Part shown: positions 59,818 to 64,000 of the stretch, piece by piece | Position numbering within the stretch: the first letter of the stretch is position 1 | Layout: the number at the start of each line of letters is the position of its first letter | Source of the DNA: Bacteroidota bacterium | GTDB lineage: Bacteria; Bacteroidota; Bacteroidia; UKL13-3 | Length of the DNA: 64,000 nt | Assembly: GCA_947464275.1 (NCBI GenBank) | Contig: CANHVU010000008.1 | Location: 17,082 to 81,081, forward strand | Direction: 5' to 3' | Program-made: the position numbers and the translations under genes | Notes under the pieces: model-generated | Database searches by the model: none | Told to the model about the DNA's origin: nothing | The model's input: only the letters and a program-made list of their open reading frames with translations

Positions 59818-60843
59818 TTGCCCCAAATGATTTTAAAACCCAATATTTCGCTTAAACCATTTAATACTTTTGGTATTGATGCCACTGCATCTGATTTTAT
59901 TGAAATTGATTCGATTCAAACACTTCAATTTGTAATTGATAATTTCAATTTAGCCAATAGAAAAACGCTAGTTATAGGTGGTGGTAGCAATATTTTGTTA
60001 ACCAAAAATTTTGATGGTTTGGTTTTAAAAATGAGCATTAAAGGTATTGAAAAAGTAAATGAAGATAACGAATATGTGTATTTAAAAGCCATGGCAGGCG
60101 AAACCTGGCATGGCTTTGTAATGCATTGTGTAGCCAATAATTATTCGGGAGTTGAAAACCTCTCGTTAATACCTGGCTGTGTGGGTGCTGCGCCTATGCA
60201 AAATATTGGTGCTTATGGCGTTGAAATTAAAGATACTTGCCATGAAGTAGAAGCGTACAACATAGAAACCAACGAAGTAACAATATTTAGCAATGCTGAT
60301 TGTAAATTTGGCTACCGCGAAAGTATTTTTAAGCATGAAGCCAAAGGAAAATACATCATTTCATCGGTTACATTTAAATTAGCCAAACAAGCCAAAATTA
60401 ATGTTTCGTACGGTGCTATACAAGATGTATTAAAGAGTAAAAACATTGAAAATCCTACCATTCAAGATGTAAGCGAAGCAGTAATTGCCATTCGTGAGTC
60501 GAAATTACCTAACCCAAAAGTATTGGGAAATGCGGGCAGTTTTTTTAAAAATCCAGAAGTTCCAACAGAAGAATATTTAACTTTAAAAGAAAAATACCCT
60601 GCTTTGGTTGGTTACAAAACCAGCGAAACCCACACCAAACTAGCCGCAGGTTGGCTAATAGAACAATGTGGTTGGAAAGGAAAAGTAGTTGGAAACACTG
60701 GTTCGCACAAAGACCAAGCTTTGGTTTTGGTAAATTATGGCAATGCCACTGGCAACGAAATTTGGAAATTAGCCATGCAAATTCAAGAATCGGTTTTCGA
60801 AAAATTTGGAGTAACCATTGTTCCTGAGGTAAATGTGATTTGA
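59818..60843 (+). CDS. murB: UDP-N-acetylmuramate dehydrogenase
   Basis: NTFG, GGGSNIL, IPGCVGAAPMQNIGAYG, GNAGSFFKNP, PEVN. Confidence 0.97.
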   Translation: MPQMILKPNISLKPFNTFGIDATASDFIEIDSIQTLQFVIDNFNLANRKTLVIGGGSNILLTKNFDGLVLKMSIKGIEKVNEDNEYVYLKAMAGETWHGFVMHCVANNYSGVENLSLIPGCVGAAPMQNIGAYGVEIKDTCHEVEAYNIETNEVTIFSNADCKFGYRESIFKHEAKGKYIISSVTFKLAKQAKINVSYGAIQDVLKSKNIENPTIQDVSEAVIAIRESKLPNPKVLGNAGSFFKNPEVPTEEYLTLKEKYPALVGYKTSETHTKLAAGWLIEQCGWKGKVVGNTGSHKDQALVLVNYGNATGNEIWKLAMQIQESVFEKFGVTIVPEVNVI

Positions 60844-60926
60844 GGAGCCACAGATTGCACTGATTACATAGGAAAATAACCGCAAAGGGCGCTAAGATTT
60901 TTTGCTAAAAGCAAATCATTCACAAC

Positions 60927-61379
60927 ATGAAAAAAGTATTCCTACTATTTGCCTTATTGTTCGTATTAAGAATTGGCTTTTGTCAAGTTTCGAAAGAGAT
61001 ATCAACAATAACAATTATTGCATTGAATCAATTTGAAAATAAATGTGATAAAGCCATTAAGATTACTGGTGATTCAATATTTATTGACACTTGTTATAAT
61101 AAAACTACAAAATTGCTAAATCCTGTAAAAACTACTTTTATAAAAAACAATCCAATATACTCAAAACTCTACACCGTTTCAGATTTGCAGTGGAAAAATG
61201 CAGAAGCAAAATTAAATTCAATAAAAAAATGTGACTACGCAATTGAGTACAAAATTATTTTATTTAATAACAACCTAACTAAAACCTATTTTCTAAAAGG
61301 ATTTAAAAATTGCTATCCAAATGACTGTAAAGAACTATTAAATAATTTAGATTGTATTTTCAATCAACTATCCAATTAA
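60927..61379 (+). CDS. Hypothetical secreted protein
   Basis: Signal peptide MKKVFLLFALLFVLRIGFC; several Cys residues. Confidence 0.7.
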   Translation: MKKVFLLFALLFVLRIGFCQVSKEISTITIIALNQFENKCDKAIKITGDSIFIDTCYNKTTKLLNPVKTTFIKNNPIYSKLYTVSDLQWKNAEAKLNSIKKCDYAIEYKIILFNNNLTKTYFLKGFKNCYPNDCKELLNNLDCIFNQLSN

Positions 61380-61411
61380 GGTTTTCCCCTATTTAAAAGC
61401 TCATAAAAAAA

Positions 61412-61435
61412 GATGTTGGCAGTTAAGCCAACATC
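61412..61435 (-). terminator. Intrinsic terminator
   Basis: GATGTTGGC..GCCAACATC with a poly-A flank. Confidence 0.7.
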
Positions 61436-61478
61436 AATATCAAATTTTTCTGTGCAATCTGTTTAATCTGTGGCTTAA

Positions 61479-62672
61479 TTATTTAGTTTCCCAAAAACGA
61501 TATAGTTTGGTTTCGTTAAATATAAAATTTAGTATGTTTTTATCGTCTTCGGTTAATTCTACGTTTCTGCGTTTATAAACTGCTTCGGCCGTTTTAAAAA
61601 ACTTATTGATTACAAATGTTTCAAAACCTTGTGCGCCACCCCAAGCAAAATCAGGGATGAAGTTACGCGGAAAACCTGCGCCAAACACATTTGCACCCAC
61701 TCCTACTACCGTTCCTGTGTTAAACATGGTGTTTATACCACATTTAGCATGATCGGCCATTATTAAGCCGCAAAACGTTAAGCCCGTTTTTTCAAACTTT
61801 TGTTTATCGTAGTTCCAAAGTTTTACTTCATCGTAAGTATTTTTAAGGTTAGAGTTATTGGTATCGGCACCCATATTTACCCACTCGCCAATTACTGCAT
61901 TGCCCACAAACCCATCATGACCTTTATTGCTGTAGGCAAAAAACACCGCATTACTTACCTCTCCACCTACTTTACAATAAGGACCAACCGTGGTTCCACC
62001 ATAAATTTTGGCATCCATTTTTAAACCAGCATGTTCGCACAAAGCAAAAGGCCCACGTATTTTGCAGCCTTCCATCACTTCAGCATCAGCAGCTATATAA
62101 ATTGGCCCACCCGAAGCATTTAAAATACTGCATTCTACAATGGCACCTTCTTCTAAAAACACATTTTCGGGTTTTATAACTTGGTTGGTACTTGAAATGG
62201 GTTGCGATTTACGACCAGCAGTTAATAATTTAAAATCATCTTCAATACCTTTGGCATTGTTCGAAAAAATATCTTGAGGAAATTTAATATGAATAAAATC
62301 TTCAGCTTTGGTTTCAATTAATTCAAATTGAGTAGCAATATTGGCAATATCAACAAATAAAGCACTGTTAAATGCAATAATTACATTGTTTTTATAAAGC
62401 GCTTGCCCTTTAGTTAAACTGCTAATTTCATTTATCAAAACCTCTGAAGGGCAAATACTTCCATTCACAAAAATATTTTCAACTTCCAATGTAATTGGAA
62501 ACTTGTTTTGCAAATAATCCATTGTTAAATACGAAACATTGGTTTTTAAATGCTTTTCCCATTTTTGGGCAATGGTTAATATACCGCACCTAACATTGGC
62601 CACAGGCCTAGTAAAAGTTAATGGTAACAGATTCTGTCTATCGGTAGGGTTATCGAATAAAATGTAATTCAT
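61479..62672 (-). CDS. Bacteroidota GlmU-related putative sugar nucleotidyltransferase
   Basis: LLPLTFTRPVA, hexapeptide repeats, SNKGHDGFVG, GADTNNSNLKN. Confidence 0.88.
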   Translation of the reverse strand: MNYILFDNPTDRQNLLPLTFTRPVANVRCGILTIAQKWEKHLKTNVSYLTMDYLQNKFPITLEVENIFVNGSICPSEVLINEISSLTKGQALYKNNVIIAFNSALFVDIANIATQFELIETKAEDFIHIKFPQDIFSNNAKGIEDDFKLLTAGRKSQPISSTNQVIKPENVFLEEGAIVECSILNASGGPIYIAADAEVMEGCKIRGPFALCEHAGLKMDAKIYGGTTVGPYCKVGGEVSNAVFFAYSNKGHDGFVGNAVIGEWVNMGADTNNSNLKNTYDEVKLWNYDKQKFEKTGLTFCGLIMADHAKCGINTMFNTGTVVGVGANVFGAGFPRNFIPDFAWGGAQGFETFVINKFFKTAEAVYKRRNVELTEDDKNILNFIFNETKLYRFWETK

Positions 62673-62719
62673 TGGGTAAAATTTTTTATAAAATAAAACT
62701 GCAATTAGCTAAAAATAAA

Positions 62720-62743
62720 AAAGCCTTCCAAATGGAAGGCTTT
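62720..62743 (-). terminator. Intrinsic terminator
   Basis: AAAGCCTTCCA-aa-TGGAAGGCTTT. Confidence 0.8.
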
Positions 62744-62764
62744 AAATATTTGTAAACAAAAAAA

Positions 62765-63013
62765 TTATTTTTTTGCGTAACGTTTGTTGAATTTATCAAT
62801 ACGACCTGCAGTATCGATTAACATGCTTTGGCCTGTAAAAAACGGATGTGATTTGTAAGAAATCTCTAATTTGAATAGAGGATATTCAATTCCATCTTCC
62901 AATGTAATTGTATCTTTAGTATCTACTGTTGAACCAGTTACAAAAGTATATCCGTTACTCATGTCTTTAAATGCAACTTTTCTATAATTTTCTGGATGAA
63001 TTCCTGCTTTCAT
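62765..63013 (-). CDS. rpmE: 50S ribosomal protein L31 type B
   Basis: [10 protein letters not shown]...SHPFFTG...[13 protein letters not shown]; start moved to ATG at 63013. Confidence 0.96.
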   Translation of the reverse strand: MKAGIHPENYRKVAFKDMSNGYTFVTGSTVDTKDTITLEDGIEYPLFKLEISYKSHPFFTGQSMLIDTAGRIDKFNKRYAKK

Positions 63014-63177
63014 TTTATTTATTATTTTGGAGTGCAAAAGTAATTTATTTTGAAATAAATGCAAATATATTCGAGAAAAATATTTTTGTTTTATCATAAA
63101 ATAATCCAAAAGCATTGTAAAATCTATTCGGAAAGCTTTTAATAATAAATATATTTGCCCTATAATTTTTTATAAAA

Positions 63178-63675
63178 GTGAAAACAAAAGTACTCAATCA
63201 TTCAGACATTGAAAAAATTATTAAGCGTATGGCTTACCAAATTTATGAAAATAATTTTGGCGATAAACACATTACGTTTGTTGGCATTAGCTCGCGCGGA
63301 TATGAAATTGCTAAATTATTGCAAGCTGAATTAGATATAATTAGTAATTTAAAATCGAATTTGCTTGAAATTGCCATTGATAAAGAATCACCATCTATTG
63401 AAAGTACAGTAATTAAACCTGCAAAATTTGAGGTAAAAGGTACTGTGGTAATTATTGACGATGTGTTAAACACAGGCCGCACTTTGGTTTATGCAGCATT
63501 GCCATTTTTAAATTATAAATTAAGTAAATTACAAGTAGCAGTATTGGTTGATAGAAACCATAAAAAATTCCCGATTGCTGCCGATTATACAGGCATTCAG
63601 CTAAACACTACTTTTCAAGAGCATGTAAGTGTGGAGCAAAATAAAAAGAAACAATTTGAAGTATACTTACAGTAA
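63178..63675 (+). CDS. PyrR-like phosphoribosyltransferase
   Basis: RMAYQIYE, IIDDVLNTGRT, VLVDRNHKKFPI.ADY. Confidence 0.88.
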   Translation: MKTKVLNHSDIEKIIKRMAYQIYENNFGDKHITFVGISSRGYEIAKLLQAELDIISNLKSNLLEIAIDKESPSIESTVIKPAKFEVKGTVVIIDDVLNTGRTLVYAALPFLNYKLSKLQVAVLVDRNHKKFPIAADYTGIQLNTTFQEHVSVEQNKKKQFEVYLQ

Positions 63676-63707
63676 GTTCAAACAAAAAATTTAAACGTTA
63701 TTAAACA

Positions 63708-63737
63708 AAAAAGGCTGTTCAAATGAACAGCCTTTTT
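63708..63737. terminator. Bidirectional intrinsic terminator
   Basis: AAAAAGGCTGTTCA-aa-TGAACAGCCTTTTT between convergent genes. Confidence 0.85.
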
Positions 63738-63765
63738 AATTTCTTTGCTACAATAGCTCGTTAAA

Positions 63766-64000
63766 TTACTTAACTTTAGCTTGTAAGTTAGCACCAGCTT
63801 TGAACTTAACAACCTTTTTAGCAGGAATGTTAATTTCTTTACCAGTTTGAGGATTACGTCCTTTACGAGCAGCACGTTTAGTTACCGAAAAGGTTCCAAA
63901 ACCAACTAGAATTACTTTGTCGTTTTTCTTCAATGCTCCTTGAGTTGATAACATAAATGCATCTAAAGAAGCAGCAGCTTGAACTTTAGTAATACCGGCA
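63766..64000 (-). CDS. HU family DNA-binding protein, partial (start lies beyond the window)
   Basis: VGFGTFSV..RAARKGRNPQTGKEI.IPA; the frame is open to the window end. Confidence 0.95.
   Translation of the reverse strand, partial: AGITKVQAAASLDAFMLSTQGALKKNDKVILVGFGTFSVTKRAARKGRNPQTGKEINIPAKKVVKFKAGANLQAKVK

Larger units (their letters stand above)
60846..61475. mobile_element. Cassette-like segment bounded by inverted nonamer-periodic repeats
   Basis: AGCCACAGATTGCACTGATTACATAG (60846) is inverted relative to CTGTGCAATCTGTTTAATCTGTGGCT (ends 61475); 11-bp perfect outer match. Mobility is inferred only. Confidence 0.55.

Noticed and set aside
3263-63875. Many short antisense ORFs in the track (e.g. 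3602..4057, 6085..6432, 47471..47818, 50661..51080, 52445..52714)
   Set aside because: They are shadow frames of well-supported genes or overlap promoters and terminators, and show no recognisable motifs.

Overview
AT-rich Bacteroidota chromosome segment, judged from TAnnTTTG promoters, a T9SS cargo protein and a str-S10-spc-alpha cluster without tuf. The core content is the ribosomal protein superoperon (rpsL to rplQ, 35.3-52.4 kb), parAB, yicC-gmk-nadD, crcB-rsgA-dtd, thiL-purQ, a carotenoid-tailoring cluster, menD-menB-murB, an ECF sigma/anti-sigma/T9SS cargo operon, a very Met-rich PhaE-like protein and rhodanese genes. No rRNA, tRNA or CRISPR array was found. The main unexplained signal is a set of short palindromic or periodic repeat families, several seen both 'empty' and 'filled' with a gene. 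A small GIY-YIG nuclease gene lies inside the loop of one unit of a tandem CGTC-palindrome array. A DUF559 nuclease is bounded by CCCC-hairpins inside a restriction-modification remnant. A RAYT carries REP hairpins inside its ORF. Heptamer and nonamer inverted arrays bracket orphan genes, and a 16-18 bp TCCCGA..TCGGGA palindrome has short flanking duplications. A candidate sigma54-dependent small RNA lies at about 7.3-7.55 kb. All protein calls come from motif recognition by eye; no database search was run.
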